Counted from the first letter of the whole stretch, positions 12,483-27,518 are shown. The stretch is 63,783 bases of DNA, filler included, from Octopus bimaculoides (GCF_001194135.2; 11 parts of 9 records of this genome joined end to end with filler, not necessarily neighbours in it), one strand, 5' to 3'. The notes: a model not told the origin generated them from the letters alone. Numbers and translations: made by a program.

Positions 12483-12795
12483 AGGCGCAGGAGTGGCTGT
12501 GTGGTAAGTAGCTTGCTTACCAACCACATGGTTCCAGGTTCAGTTCTACTGCATGGCACCTTGGGCAAGTGTCTTCTACTATTACCTCAGGCTGATCAAA
12601 GCCTTATGAGCAGATTTGGTAGACAGAAGCTGAAAGAAGCTCGCATATATATATAGATATGTATGAATATATTTGTGCCTGTTTGTCCCCCTCCATCGCT
12701 TGACAACCGATGTTGGTGTGTTTACATCTGTGTAACTTAGCGGTTCGCCAAAAGAGACCGATAGAATAAGTACTAGGCTTACAAAGAACAATAAA
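12483..12795 (+). mobile_element. SINE family 1
   Basis: GGCGCAGGAGTGGCTGTGTGGTAAG head, GGTTCAGTTC B-box-like motif, AGAATAAGTACTAGGCTTACAAAG body. Confidence 0.85.
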
Positions 12796-13049
12796 TTTTA
12801 ACAGCCAAATCTTATATGACACCCTAAGGGTCATGTGGACCCTGGTTGAGAACCCCCTGATTTTAAACCTAGAGTGACCCTTAAGGGTCTAAAGGAATAG
12901 GATGATTATTGACTTAGCAGCTGAAGATCAATTGTCATCTAAACCAGTTCTCTGCAACCTTTTTCCACATGTCATACACTTATATTCTTTTCAAAATTTG
13001 GTGGCACACCTGAAGTAAAAATATGCGTACCTTTCCTTCATTGAACACT

Positions 13050-13967
13050 AAACTCCACTTGCAAAGACTTTTTGAGGCAAGTGAAATCGAAATCAAACAA
13101 AATTCGACGACTGGCACCCATTGCCAACATCGTCTCCTTCATTGGACACGAAACTCAGCTTGCGAAGACTTATTGGGGCAAGCGAAAGCGAAATCGGGAT
13201 GGCACCTGTGCCCAGCATCGCCTTTCTGGCACTTGTGCCCTTGGCATGTGTAAGGACTTTCGAGCGAGATCGTTGCCAGTGCCCCTTGACTGGCTCTTGT
13301 GCGGGTGGCACATAAAATACACCATTTTGAGCGTGGCCGTTGCCAGTACCGCCTGACTGGCCTTCGTGCGGGTGACACGTAAAAGCACCCACTACACTCT
13401 CTGAGTGGTTGGCGTTAGGAAGGGCATCCGGCTGTAGAAACTCTGCCAAATCAGATTGGAGCCTGGTGCAGCCATCNNNNNNNNNNCAAGTGAAATCGAA
13501 ATCAAACAAAATTCGACGACTGGCACCCATTGCCAACATCGTCTCCTTCATTGGACACGAAACTCAGCTTGCGAAGACTTATTGGGGCAAGCGAAAGCGA
13601 AATCGGGATGGCACCTGTGCCCAGCATCGCCTTTCTGGCACTTGTGCCCTTGGCATGTGTAAGGACTTTCGAGCGAGATCGTTGCCAGTGCCCCTTGACT
13701 GGCTCTTGTGCGGGTGGCACATAAAATACACCATTTTGAGCGTGGCCGTTGCCAGTACCGCCTGACTGGCCTTCGTGCGGGTGACACGTAAAAGCACCCA
13801 CTACACTCTCTGAGTGGTTGGCGTTAGGAAGGGCATCCGGCTGTAGAAACTCTGCCAAATCAGATTGGAGCCTGGTGCAGCCATCTGGTTTCACCAGTCC
13901 TCAGTCAAATCGTCCAACCCATGCTAGCATGGAAAGCGGACGTTAAACGATGATGGTGATGATGATG
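13050..13967 (+). mobile_element. SINE/LINE-tail family 4 with (GAT)n tail; about 400 bp duplicated across a 10-N gap
   Basis: Ends GGCGTTAGGAAGGGCATCC.GCTGTAGAAACTCTGCC...CGTTAAACGATGATG. 13077-13476 is repeated at 13487-13886. Other copies at 16150-16440 (-), 19120-19397 (-), 20942-21105 (+) and 53520-53670 (-). Confidence 0.8.
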
Positions 13968-14361
13968 TATAGGGAAGAAGATTATATATAGGTGACACTG
14001 CAACACCGGTGTGCCGCAGCATACCAGTTGGCTCCTCCAACTAATTTACACTTTGTATAGGACTAGCGAAGACTGAGTTCTTCAGTTCATATCACCAACC
14101 TGCAAAGGTGTAACCTTAAATAAAGCTGCGTAGCTATGTCTTCCCTGGATGAGCATAGGCACGGGTGTGTCTATGTGGTGAAAGGCTTGCTTCCCAACCA
14201 CATGGTTCCATGTTCAGTCCCACTATGTGGCACCTTGGGCAAGTGTCTTCTGCTATAACCTNNNNNNNNNNNNNNNNNNNNNNNNNNNNNNNNNNNNNNN
14301 NNNNNTTAATTAATTAANNNNNNNNNNNNNNNNNNNNNNNNNNNNNNNNNNNNNNNNNNNN

Positions 14362-14412
<51 letters not shown>

Positions 14413-15057
14413 TAGTTATGTTTATGGATGTGTGCATCAAATTTGCAAGCATACACATGCACACACGTATATAATATTCATGAATAAAAGTATTAATTTA
14501 GATTTTGACCCTGCAGCTGGCTCACTGTTTTATCACATTCTCATCAGAGGTCACTGTTATAACAGCATGAAACAGTTGGTCAGCTCTCAGAAAAAGTATT
14601 TCTGTGCATGAACACATACACACACACCACAAACACACCACGAACACATATGCTGTAAGTGTGTATGTGTGTAATATATATATGTTGTGTGTATGTATAT
14701 ATAAGTGTATATACATGCACATATATATTTATATAGATAGGTAGATAGATATAGATGTAGTTGCATATCCAGGTATAGATACACAAGCATTTACACACAT
14801 GTATCGGAATATTTTAAAACTCATATTTTCACAGTTGTATATGCGTATATGTGTATATATATATATATATATCTGAGGAATCTACTAGAATAGATGCAAG
14901 CGCTAATTTATAAAAACATGTGACATATTAATAAAAATCTGTAAATGTACAACCATCCAGATATCTGATTGTCTTGTTTTTTCTAATATAAAATTCCTGT
15001 ACATCACCTCCAAACCTTCCAATATATATATATATATATATATATANNNNNNNNNNN

Positions 15058-15091
<34 letters not shown>

Positions 15092-15878
15092 CACTCTGCC
15101 AGTTACAATAACAAGGGTTCCAGTTGATCTGATCGACACAACAACTTGCTTGTGAAATTGATGTGCAAGTGATTGAGTGCTCCACAGACATGTGTGCCCT
15201 TAACGAAGTTGTCAGGGAGATTCAGCATTGCACAGAATGTAACAAGGCTGGCCCTTTGAAATACGGGTATTACTCATTTTTGCCAGCTGAGTGGACTGGA
15301 GCAATGTGAAATGAAGTCTCTTGCTCAAGGAATTGAACTCACGACCCTACACCTGTGTGCATGTACATACATATGAAATGTATATAGGAGTGCATGAATG
15401 AATGTATTTTGTGTGTGTGTATGTGTGTGTGTTTGTATGTATATATATGTATGTGTGTGTGTGTGTGTGTGTNNNNNNNNNNNNNNNNNNNNNNNNNNNN
15501 NNNNNNNNNNNNNNNNNNNNNNNNNNNNNNNNNNNNNNNNNNNNNNNNNNNNNNNNNNNNNNNNNNNNNNNNNNNNNNNNNNNNNNNNNNNNNNNNNNNN
15601 NNNNNNNNNNNNNNNNNNNNNNNNNNNNNNNNNNNNNNNNNNNNNNNNNNNNNNNNNNNNNNNNNNNNNNNNNNNNNNNNNNNNNNNNNNNNNNNNNNNN
15701 NNNNNNNNNNNNNNNNNNNNNNNNNNNNNNNNNNNNNNNNNNNNNNNNNNNNNNNNNNNNNNNNNNNNNNNNNNNNNNNNNNNNNNNNNNNNNNNNNNNN
15801 NNGAATGGAGCATGAACAAAGAACATGACTGGGAAGTGAGGTGAAAGGAAGGACTGATGGAAGTGAAATTGACCCAGA

Positions 15879-15924
<46 letters not shown>

Positions 15925-15984
15925 AGTCAGTCAGTGTGGTGACATACATTTGTATGTTCATATGTTTCTACATCTGTTTTTCAG

Positions 15985-16875
15985 TGTTTGGAGTGGCTGT
16001 GTGGTAAGTAGTTTGCTTACTGACCACATGGCTCCAAGTTCAATCCCCTGCATGGCATCTTGGGCGAGTGTCTTCTACTCTAGCCTTGGGCTGACCAAAG
16101 CCTTGTCAGTGGATGTGCTAGACAGACATTGAAAGAAGCTTTTTTTGTATCATCATGATCATGATCATCAGCATCATTGTTTAACTTCTGTTTTCCATGC
16201 TGGCATGGGTTGGACGGTTTGACTGAGGTCTGGCAACCCATGAGGCCACACCAAGCTCCAATCTGATCTGGCAAGGTTTCTACAGCTGGATGTCCTTCCT
16301 AATGCCAACCACTCCAAGAGTGTAGTGGGTGCTTTTTACGTGCCACTGACACAGGAGCCAGTCGGAGGACGAGGGCGCTGGCATTGCCCACATTCAGATC
16401 ATACTTTTTACATGCCACCAGCATTGGAGCCAGTCAGGCGGTGCTGACATCGTATATGTTTGTGTGTGTGTGTCTGTATTTGTCCCCCCACCATCTCTTG
16501 ACAACTGATGTTGGTGTGTTTGAAAGAAACCCGTCGTATATATATGTATATATATATATGTATATATATATATGTGTGTGTGTTTATGTGTCTGTGTTTG
16601 TCTCCTCACCATCGCTTGACAACCAATGCTGTTGTGTTTACATCCCTGTAACCTAGTGGTTCGGCAAAAAGAGACCGATAGAATAAGTACTAGGNNNNNN
16701 NNNNAATGCTGTTGTGTTTACATCCCTGTAACTTAGTGGTTCGACAAAAAGAGACCGATAGAATAAGTACTAGGCTTACAAAGAATAAGTCTTGGGGTCG
16801 ATTTTCTCGACTAAAGGCGGCGCTCCAGCATGGCCGCAGTCAAATGACTGAAACAAGTAAAAGAGTACAAGAGTA
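15985..16875 (+). mobile_element. nested SINE cluster (family 1 head, inverted family 4, family 1 tail)
   Basis: Motif matches to the copies listed above. Confidence 0.75.
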
Positions 16876-18405
16876 AAGAGTATATATATAAAATGCAAAA
16901 TGGGACAAGAACGCAACACATCCAGACAGTTAGGTGATGCAGAAAAAGAGGACAACAAAACATTCAGATAGACGATACATATATATATATATAGGGTGTA
17001 TCTTCCCTTAAAATTAAATAGCTAGTCACTTCCTCTATAGACTTTTACTTGCTAATCTCCAGTAAAACTAGAAGTCTGTGAGGCTACATCTTTTCTTCAA
17101 TACCTTCACTTTGTTCTCTATGTGTTTACTTTTCACACTTTGTAATTTACTTCAAATTTACTCGCAGCTACCCAAACACACTTAGTGTCTCTCATAAATC
17201 TCACATTCATTTTCAACTCCCCAGTGTTTACATTTTTTTAAATAAATACTTTCTAAACATAATTCCTTTGCCAGTAATGTTACCACTTCCTCGACAGTTT
17301 ACTATGTCTATCACTTCCTACCTATTTTAGCACGGAAAGCTTTCTGTCTATCCCTTCCGAGCTATTACAGGCTTCTAATCTGATTGTATCTGAACTTTAA
17401 TCAGTTTTCTCTACAGAAACCTCTTACTCAGACTTACTCTTTCAAGCTTGCTTTAACTGTTGTTGCACGTTTCCTACTTGTCTCTAATTGTCTTTGTGTC
17501 TTACTCATTTATTTGTAAACCTCCATTTGAAATTTGATCATTTTAAAATTTGGAATTTTCCATTTCCCTTATATGGAAAATGTCTTCAATCTTAATTAAC
17601 TCTACCTTTGTCTTAGTTTAATTACTGCACACCTTTTCCCTTAAATTTAAAAATTTCACAAATTACATTCTCATTATAGTTGACAAGGTCAGGTTGACCA
17701 AAAAACCCTTCTTTAGTGTGTCACAGAATATTTTCAATCAATAATCTTTATTCAACATTAAAATCCTTAACACTTTCATATATTCATTGGTTCATTTCAC
17801 GGCTATTTTTCCATGCTACCATGGGTCAGATAAATATGGTATTTGAGGTATTTTTACTGCCTGTAGTTCATCCTGTCACCAACCTTTACCTGTTTTGCAA
17901 ATGAGGGATAGCTTTTTCAACATGGATTTTGAAAGCATGAAGTGACCAGAGGATTTATTGACGCAAGGGAGAGACAATACCACTGACAGGTGCACTGTAA
18001 AAGCACCTGCTGGAGTAAACAAATGCACGCACACACAAACAAACACACACAAAAACACACAAACACACACACACATGCACTCACACAATGGTTCTCTTTC
18101 AGTTAAACATGTTCTGAATCCACACAGAAGACTTATACCAGAAGGCACTTTTCCTCGGTGCCACATTGTGGGACTAAATCAGAAACAAAGCTAGGCTGCT
18201 CAAATGTTTACAGAAGGTACTGAGTGCATTTCCTCATAGCACCAGCTCAAGGGACGTTGAATAGTCCTTGTGAGTTATAACTAGGGGTACCTCATACCCC
18301 TACAGTTGTCTATGCTAATTTTACCGTCCTCTTTAGTGTGAACAGTAAGTCAGTGGGAGCTTGTACAGTAAAAAGTAAATTTGGGAAAGTATCAAGGACT
18401 GAGCG

Positions 18406-18440
<35 letters not shown>

Positions 18441-18467
18441 TTGCCTCTTTGTCAGTCTCTCTATCTA

Positions 18468-18528
<61 letters not shown>

Positions 18529-18552
18529 GTGTGTGTGTGTANNNNNNNNNNN

Positions 18553-18587
<35 letters not shown>

Positions 18588-20173
18588 AGAGAGAGAGAGA
18601 GATACATATATATGTATGTATATATGTGTGTGTATGTATATGCATATATATATATATACACACACACATGCACACACACACACACATATACATATATATA
18701 TATATGCATGTATGTGTGTGGGTGTGTGCGTATTTTCTGAATGTTGGATTAACCATCAATTATATTAAGACATCACATAATTTATGGCAGCTATGGAAAG
18801 CTCGTTAATGTCACAGATTCAAATTACCTTACTGCTGAAAATTAACATCGTCTTTTAATGAGCTAAGGAAGGAACTTTTGTATACTCTCTAGACCTACTA
18901 AAAACTGCAGCAATAGCTCCCTCAAATAATATCCTGTTATCATACATGTCTACATTGCTCAGGAACATAAAACAGGATCGTCACAGCTGGAATACTTCAA
19001 TATTAGGTGTCATATGAGACAACAATGAAACTGTGAACACAGCTGATTATCCCATCTAATTATTAAAACAGAGAGCAGCTTATATTGTTATACACACACA
19101 CACACACATACACATACATACATCATCATCTCATTTAGCGTTTGTTGTCCATGCTGGCATGGTTTGACCAGGGTTGGCAAGCTGGAAGGCTGCACCAGAC
19201 TCCAGTCTGGTTTGGCATTGTTTCTACAGCTGGATGCCCTCCCTAACACCAACCACTCTGGGAGCGTAATGGGTGGTGCTTTTACGCGTCACTGGCACAG
19301 GTGCCATTGGTGTGACACCAGTATCTGTCACGACTGCAATTTTACTTGGATTAATGGGTCTTCTTCTGAAACATGACATAATACCAAAGGTCTTGATCAT
19401 TGCCTCCGTGAAGCCCANNNNNNNNNNNNNNNNNNNNNNNNNNNNNNNNNNNNNNNNNNNNNNNNNNNNNNNNNNNNNNNNNNNNNNNNNNNNNNNNNNN
19501 NNNNNNNNNNNNNNNNNNNNNNNNNNNNNNNNNNNNNNNNNNNNNNNNNNNNNNNNNNNNNNNNNNNNNNNNNNNNNNNNNNNNNNNNNNNNNNNNNNNN
19601 NNNNNNNNNNNNNNNNNNNNNNNNNNNNNNNNNNNNNNNNNNNNNNNNNNNNNNNNNNNNNNNNNNNNNNNNNNNNNNNNNNNNNNNNNNNNNNNNNNNN
19701 NNNNNNNNNNNNNNNNNNNNNNNNNNNNNNNNNNNNNNNNNNNNNNNNNNNNNNNNNNNATATATATATGTATGTATGTATCTGTGTATAACCTATCAAA
19801 GGTAAAATCTGATTAAGTGGATAATTTGGGATTCAGTTTCTATATTGAATAGCTTCAGTTTATTTATTTATTCTGATGGAAGCACAGGTATAGCTGTATG
19901 GTAGGAAGCTTGCTTCCCAACGACATCATTTTGGGTTCAGTCCCACTGTGCAACATCTTTGTTTGACTTGGGCTGACCAAGGCTTTGTGCATGGATATGG
20001 TTGACAGAAATTGAAAGAAGCTTTTCATATGTATGAATATATATATATATATAAACAACATGCTGTAAATAAAACCAAGAGTACTGTGCTTTCTGTTAAT
20101 TAATGAGTTAAAAACTGTATAGTAAATGCACAAACAAACCAGTCACAGACACAGAAGGTCCTGAACTCCTCAC

Positions 20174-20271
20174 CAATTATTGACCAGCGGGTCAAACGTA
20201 ATTTTGTGCTTTTAACGATAATATTGCTTCCTTTCTGGTCGCAACTGGCAAGAGCTGCTGAGAAAATGGAT
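20174..20271 (-). CDS. candidate internal exon (98 nt)
   Basis: Acceptor TTCTGTTATGTTTCAG|, donor ATTG|GTGAGG. One frame is fully open: SIFSAALASCDQKGSNIIVKSTKLRLTRWSII. No homology confirmed. Confidence 0.25.
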
Positions 20272-21871
20272 CTGAAACATAACAGAACAAGAACAGACTA
20301 GGACATACAAAAGTGAATTTTAACTTTTATATATATACGCTCTTTGCTCTTTTACTTGTTTCAGTCATTTGACTGCGGCCATGCTGGAGCATCGCTTTTA
20401 TTCCAGAAAATCGACTCCAGAACTTATTCTTTGTAAGCCTAGTACTTATTCTATCAGTCTGTTTCGCCGAACCGCTAAGTTACGGGGACGTAAACACACC
20501 AGCATCGGTTGTCAAGCGATGTTGGGGGGACAAACACAGACACACAAGCATATACGCACACATGTACACACACACACACACACACACANNNNNNNNNNNN
20601 NNNNNNNNNNNNNNNNNNNNNNNNNNNNNNNNNNNNNNNNNNNNNNNNNNNNNNNNNNNNNNNNNNNNNNNNNNNNNNNNNNNNNNNNNNNNNNNNNNNN
20701 NNNNNNNNNNNNNNNNNNNNNNNNNNNNNNNNNNNNNNNNNNNNNNNNNNNNNNNNNNNNNNNNNNNNNNNNNNNNNNNNNNNNNNNNNNNNNNNNNNNN
20801 NNNNNNNNNNNNNNNNNNNNNNNNNNNNNNNNNNNNNNNNNNNNNNNNNNNNNNNNNNNNNNNNNNNNNNNNNNNNNNNNNNNNNNNNNNNNNNNNNNNN
20901 NNNNNNNNNNNNNNNNNNNNNNNNNNNNNNNNNNNNNNNNNCCCACTACACTCTCTGAGTGGTTGGCGTTAGGAAGGGCATCCAGCTGTAGAAACTCTGC
21001 CAAATCAGACTGGAGCCTGGTGTTGCCATCCGGTTTCACCAGTCCTCAGTCAAATCGTCCAACCCATGCTAGCATGGAAAGCGGACGTTAAACGATGATG
21101 ATGATATATATATATATCTCTTTCATTTAATAACAATATTTCTGTTCAAAATTTTAGTCATGTCCATTATGTTGGAAGTTCAAGTGCTATTTGTGGTTGA
21201 GTTTGCTTTACACTCATTCAGGATTGTTTTTGTAAAATATAATATGTAAGAATTTAGCGATGATGATCTTCTGTTAGAAATGACTGTGTTGGAGAACCTT
21301 ACATTACAATATTAAGTTTAATCCCTTGATAAATCTGAATACAAATCCTGCCACAGTTGACTTCAGTTTTCATACTTACAGAGTTGATTGTAAAAAAGAA
21401 AATACAAAAAAGCAAAATTAATTATTGGAGTTGATTTATTCTAGTGCAGAGCCCCACATCTAACTTGGTGACATGTGTCAGTCTAAAAAAGGAAATTAAG
21501 TATAGGGCTGGAATCACTGTTGAACCTGCATCTGTTAATGTGTGGAAATCTAAATTTCAAATCTTTGAATAATGAAGGTACAGGCATGGCCATGTGATTA
21601 AAATCTCATTTTACAACCACATGGTTTCAGGTTCAGTCAGCACCTGGACCAGGTGTCTTCTAAATATAGTCCCATGTTGACCGAGGTCATATGAACTTGA
21701 GAGTGAGTTTGGTAGGCAGAAACTGTGTGGAAGCCCACATATGTATGTATGTATGTATGTATTTCATCATCATCATCATCATTTAATACCTGTCTTCCAT
21801 GCTGGCATAGCTTAAACTGTTTGACAGTAGCTGGCAAGCTAGGGAAATACACTCGGTTCTGTTGTCTATGG

Positions 21872-22144
21872 CAGGGGTTTTCAAACTTTTTGACTTGCGG
21901 ACCCCTTTATATTTCAGGTTTTACCTTAGGGACCCCCTTATAAACGCTTATGAAATTTATACATAAATATTTGCTTAAAATAACATATATTTTTACATTT
22001 ATTTATTTAACAGTATTTAACAAATAGGTTTATTGTCAATTAAAAGATTTCGATTAAAAAAACATATATAAAATCAAATTGCCCATAAAAAGTATTTGCT
22101 GTCTACGGACCCCTTGTCTTGTCCTTGCGGGACCACAGTTTGAA
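21872..22144. mobile_element. hAT (Charlie-like) MITE
   Basis: Starts CAGGGGTTTTCAAACT and ends CACAGTTTGAA at the gap edge (complementary TIR). Contains internal CGGACCCC subterminal motifs. Confidence 0.75.
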
Positions 22145-22629
22145 NNNNNNNNNNNNNNNNNNNNNNNNNNNNNNNNNNNNNNNNNNNNTTAATTAATTAA
22201 NNNNNNNNNNNNNNNNNNNNNNNNNNNNNNNNNNNNNNNNNNNNGTGGTGGTAGTGGTGTTTGAAATCGCAGTTGTGATAGTGGTAGTGTTAGTTGTAGA
22301 AGTGGTGGTGGTGGTGGTGGTGGCGGTAATATCTGTGGTCGCAGCGCTGGTAGTGGAATAGGTGGCGGCGACGGCGGCGGCGGCGGTGATGGTGGAAAAT
22401 AAAGAAGGGCTGAGACGCAGTGGCCATGGTTGTAGCGGCGGTAGTTCTGTTGATGGTAGTGATGGTCATGGTGGTATTGTTGTTGATTGTGGCTATGGTG
22501 CTTTTATGGAAGGCGGTGACGGCGGTGATGGTCATGTTGATAACAGTGGTGGTATAGTATAGCTTGTAGTATTTGTAGTTTAAGATGGTAAAGTTAGTAG
22601 TAGAGTGGTAAATGTGTTGTTGTTGCTGC

Positions 22630-22666
<37 letters not shown>

Positions 22667-23017
22667 TCCCATCCCACATCCTGGTGAAAAGTACTCCATC
22701 CGTGATCCTCCCGTCGTTTACCGTAATGTAGAGAACCCACCAACATCACACGGTTCCCTTTTCTGAGAGGGTAAGTTACGATTTGAGGGAGGGATTTAGT
22801 TGCTATTCCTAGCAAGTTGAGCGACCACATATATATATACAACTCCCACTTTCGTTCCATATGGTGTGGTGTGGCGTGGTGTGGTGTGGTAGGTGGGTTA
22901 AAAGAGAACAATGGTGGGTAAGATTGTTGTTGTTGCTTGTGATGATGATGATTATGACGACGATGATGATGACGATGATGATGCTGCTGTTGATAATGAT
23001 GGTGGTGGTGGTGGTGG

Positions 23018-23048
<31 letters not shown>

Positions 23049-23805
23049 GGTGTTGGTGGTCGATATGGTGGTGGAGGTGGTGGTGGNNNNNNNNNNNNNN
23101 NNNNNNNNNNNNNNNNNNNNNNNNNNNNNNNNNNNNNNNNNNNNNNNNNNNNNNNNNNNNNNNNNNNNNNNNNNNNNNNNNNNNNNNNNNNNNNNNNNNN
23201 NNNNNNNNNNNNNNNNNNNNNNNNNNNNNNNNNNNNNNNNNNNNNNNNNNNNNNNNNNNNNNNNNNNNNNNNNNNNNNNNNNNNNNNNNNNNNNNGGTGG
23301 TGGTGCTGGTGCTTGATGTGGTGGTGCTGGTGCTTGATGTGGTGATGGTCGACGTGGTGGTCGACGTGGTGGTCCACGTGGTGGTGGTGGTGTTGGCTAC
23401 AGTGCAGATGGTGTTGCAATGATGGTGTCACAGTAGTGACGATGGCGTTTGTAATGGCGACACTGATGGCTGCAACGCTGTTGTTGGCCATAAGTTACGG
23501 CGATGGTGATGTATAATAAAGGGGCGAAAATAATGATAATGAATATGGCGCTGTTGATTGCGACAGAGACGGTGGTGACGATGGTGACGTAGGTGACAGT
23601 GGCGATGGTGGTGATGGTGGTTGTAAATGGTTAAACAAGATCAGTTGGGGTGGTGTTATAGAAATACAGTGACTGGTAAGAGGTAACAGTTTTGTGGGAG
23701 GCAAGATGGTGGACGAAGTTTACCGCCTCCTAAATTAGGAGAGCGGTCAATGTGGATTGAACAAAATAAATGACAGAAGGTAATTACCAATTAATACCCC
23801 ACTTC

Positions 23806-23869
<64 letters not shown>

Positions 23870-25749
23870 ACTCTGTCCTTCCCTCTCTCTTCTTCTCTCT
23901 CTCTCCCTCTGTTACTCACTCTCTTTAACTCTCTCTTTGTCTCTCACACACCAACACTCAAACATACATACACACACACACAGAGTTTATCAATCTATCT
24001 CTCACTCACTCTCTCTCTCTCTTTCTTTCTTTCTTTCACTCCGTCCTTCCCTCTCTCTTCTTCTCTCTCTCTCTCTCTCCCTCTGTTACTCACTCTCTTT
24101 AACTCTCTCTTTCTCTCTCACACACCAACACTCAAACATACATACACACATACACACACGCTCACTCTCTCTCTCTCTCTCTCTCTTCTCTGTTACTCTT
24201 TTTCACTTTCTCTCTCTCACACACACGCACACACATCAATACACACACACACACATACACTCACAAACACACGCTTACACACTCAAACCTATCTACCCCC
24301 TTACTCGCACTCATTCCCTTTATTAAGCACTCGCTTACCCTCATTCAAACAGTGTTGCACTCCCTCACTCTCGCCTTTTTTCTTTCTTTCTTTCTTTCTT
24401 TCTCTCTCTCTTTCTCCCTCACACACACAGTCTATCTCTCACTCCTCATTATCTTTCGCTCATTCTCCCTCTCTCTTTCTCACTCACTCTCTTTCCCTTT
24501 CCCTCCTCCTTCGCTTCCCCTTCTTCTTTGCCTATGTAATTCCCTGGCATGTAACTAACATCGCACACACTTCCGTTATTCTCTGTCCACTACAACTACC
24601 ACCACTACAACTACTACCACCACCACCACCACCACCACCACCACCACCACCACTACCACTGCCACCACCATCACCAACAGCAAGAACATCACTGCTACCA
24701 CGACATCATCATCATCATCACCACCACCAACATCATTACCACGGACAACAACATCATCACCACCACCACAATTACCACCTAAATTACCACCTCGATCACC
24801 ACCATCACTCCTACACTATTAATATCACCACCACCAATGCCATCAACAACAACAACAACAACAACAATATTAACGAACTAGTCGAGAAATGAGGCTCTTC
24901 TACGTAGTGGCTTGACTAGCAAGAAATAGCGGCCAAGTCTTCTTCATGTAATACCCTACAGGCTTAGAGACAAAGAACACATTGGATGATGTACTCCGTG
25001 GTGTGTAATGCAGATTATGTGTTTTATTTTTTATCGTTAGGTTGTTTAATGTGTGGCTAAACAAAAACAACAATAACATTTACACGGTCGCAGGGCCAGG
25101 TAATTATAAATAGTCCAACGAGCCATATTGGTTTCAAATTTTGGCACAAGGCCAGCAAGTTTACATCGATCCAGTGCTCAGCTGGTACTTATTATATCAA
25201 TGCCGAAAGGATGAAAGGCAAAGTCGACCTCGGCGGAATTTGAACTCGGAACGTAGAGACGGACGAAATGTCACTTAGCATTTTCCCTGACGGGCTAATG
25301 ATTCTGCCAGCTCGTCACCTTATTTCAATAAGCCATATTCATTCGTATTTTATTACTCTATTGTGTTGTCTTTTATCTTATGCACAAATGTGTGCCCTTT
25401 GGACCAAAGACCTGAGATGGATTCTGTATAAACAGCAAGATCTCTGCCATTTTGAAGTAGCCGTATAGCATTTTAATTTTTAAAATCAGTCCTTCCTCAA
25501 TAAAAACGATTCGATCACTGCTGGAAACCGCAAACAAATGTTCGCGCCAGTCAGTTATACTAGTTTTTCTTTTGCTCTGCTCCAGCAAAGCAGCTCTCAA
25601 TAACTCAGCATGCTAAAAGAGCAACAATTTTAGACTGATGTAGTAATTTAAGCACAAGGCTAGTAATTTTGTATTGAAGGGTCTGTCGAGAGTATTGGTC
25701 ATATTTTTTATTTGCTGCTTTATTTTATCGATTTCGAAAGGATGAAAGG

Positions 25750-26620
25750 CAATGTTGATTTCAAAGTTATTAGAGAACAAAGCATGAAGAACCGCAAGAA
25801 ATATCGCTGGAAACGTTTGAAGGCAATGAAGGCACGATTTTTTTGGTTTTGTTCTTTGTTTTGTTTTTTCCTCATATGGTGACAGGGAATGAATCGTTTC
25901 CATATCTTTATGATCAGGAAATAGCGGTTCAGCCTATATGATATCACCCTTCTCCGAGGCCTGAGAAATTCAAGAACCAACGATCAGCACAGGAAGTCAT
26001 TGTAATTGATATGAGAATGATTAAGGTGCCATTCTCCTTCATTTTCTGGTACATGGCTGCATTATGAACAGTACACTATACATTGAAACAATCAAAAAGC
26101 TTAGAGAAGTTATTACGACGAAAAGATCAAACAATAATATAAAAAAAAATAATCAACATTCACCATGACAATGCACGACCACACATCTTTGACAATAAAT
26201 CACGAAATCAGCAAATTGGGCTTGTCAGTGAACTTCATCCAACGTACAGCTCGATTTGGCAAAAAAAAAACCAGGAAAATTGGTGAAATAGACTGGCCAG
26301 TGATATCTATCCGACGCTTAGCTCAGATCTGGTACCCTCCGACTTCCATCCTTTTGATCTATTGAAGGACAGTTCAGGAGAGAAACGATTTGATGACACG
26401 TAAGAAGTAAAAGTGGTTGTGAAGAAGTGGATATTACAGAACACAACTGAATTTTTTCAAAGAGAATCCGAAAGTTGGGTTCATCAATGTCGCAAATGCA
26501 TCGTTTATGATATAGACTATGTTGAGTGGTACCTTTATATAAATGAAGAGTTATACTCAACCAAAACGCGTAATTCGAACTTGCCACTTAATTAAAAAAA
26601 GGTATGCCTATTCTTACAGA
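25750..26620 (+). mobile_element. mariner transposase relic (catalytic domain)
   Basis: Degenerate TGNESFPYLYDQE..YHPSPRPEKFKNQRSAQEV, NSTLYIETIKKLREVI, SDLVPSDFHPFDLLKD (YSPDLAPSD-like) and EVKVVVKKWILQNTTEFF. Confidence 0.8.
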
Positions 26621-26653
26621 ACGCAGCTACTTAAATTGAATTCTTCCTACATA

Positions 26654-26796
26654 CAGTCGTGGCCAAAAGTTTGGAACATTTTTTTAAAAAATTGAAATTG
26701 CTACGGCTAATTGTTATGCTCCTACCAAATATAACCGGCATTTAATATAAAAATTCCAATTTTCAGACCTACGTTCGAAACTTTTTGCCCCGATTT
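26654..26796. mobile_element. Tc1-like MITE relic
   Basis: TA|CAGTCGTGGCCAAAAGTTTGGAACA with a degenerate inverted copy at 26772-26796. Confidence 0.55.
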
Positions 26797-27518
26797 CATA
26801 ATTTGAAGCATTCTTACATGTCATGGGAAAATTAAAATATAACGTATAAAGCAGAAATGATGGTTTCTCTTTTAAATATGCAAGATTTACAGGAGCCAAC
26901 AAGAGATCTGCTAGAAAGAGCTGCAAAACCTCTCTCATATCACATGGTATCGTCCGAAATAAAGATTGACTAGATAACATAATTCTATCATTCTTTCATT
27001 CTTTAAATAGTTTCAGTTTGAGGATTGCGGTCATGCTGGAGCCTCGTTTATGCAATTTGTAATGTTTCTACAATATTTAACTTTTGAGGGATGAAGGAGT
27101 TTAATGCCATTGCCTTTCACTGCCTTTCCTGTTGTGGCGTTGGTTCGTCTGGAGCCGTAGATAGTAGAATATCTAAGTATCCAGGGACTTCTTGAATCTA
27201 TTTACATCAACCCCAATAGATTTCTCTTATCTTTTACCTATTTCAGTCATTGAACTACAGCTATACTGCTCATATTTTTAAACTTGTTAAAAAGCTATTA
27301 GGCATTAAACCGTAAACTGTTGCAGTACGTCGCCTTAACTTTTGATGAAAGAGGTGGGACCTTTGATACAATGCAGTAGCGACCACTTCGAGGATTAGTA
27401 TAGCCTTCAATACTGAAGTTTAATACAAGACCTTAATGGATATTTCATGTAAAAGTTACTCCATATCTTTCCCGTTTCCTCTTCATAGAAGTAGAGCTTT
27501 AGCGCTTACTAATTCTAC

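Noticed and set aside
13077-13886. Exact ~400-bp tandem duplication (similar cases at 3639-3748, 16625-16774, 37600-38528 and 45546-46230)
   Set aside because: Each duplicate pair is separated exactly by an N gap, which is typical of unmerged contig-end overlap.
17890-17995. Candidate minus-strand exon (HLSVVLSLPCVNKSSG...)
   Set aside because: The acceptor derives from a SINE family 4-like GTAAAAGCACC motif and the peptide is uninformative.
25373-25610. 79-aa minus-strand ORF after a good acceptor, with ABC-like DRIVFIEEG and promoter-like motifs
   Set aside because: No Walker or signature motifs and no donor site. The sequence shares GGTTTCCAGCAGTG and AGCTGCTT with the mariner leader at 3800-3900, so it is probably a transposon leader relic.
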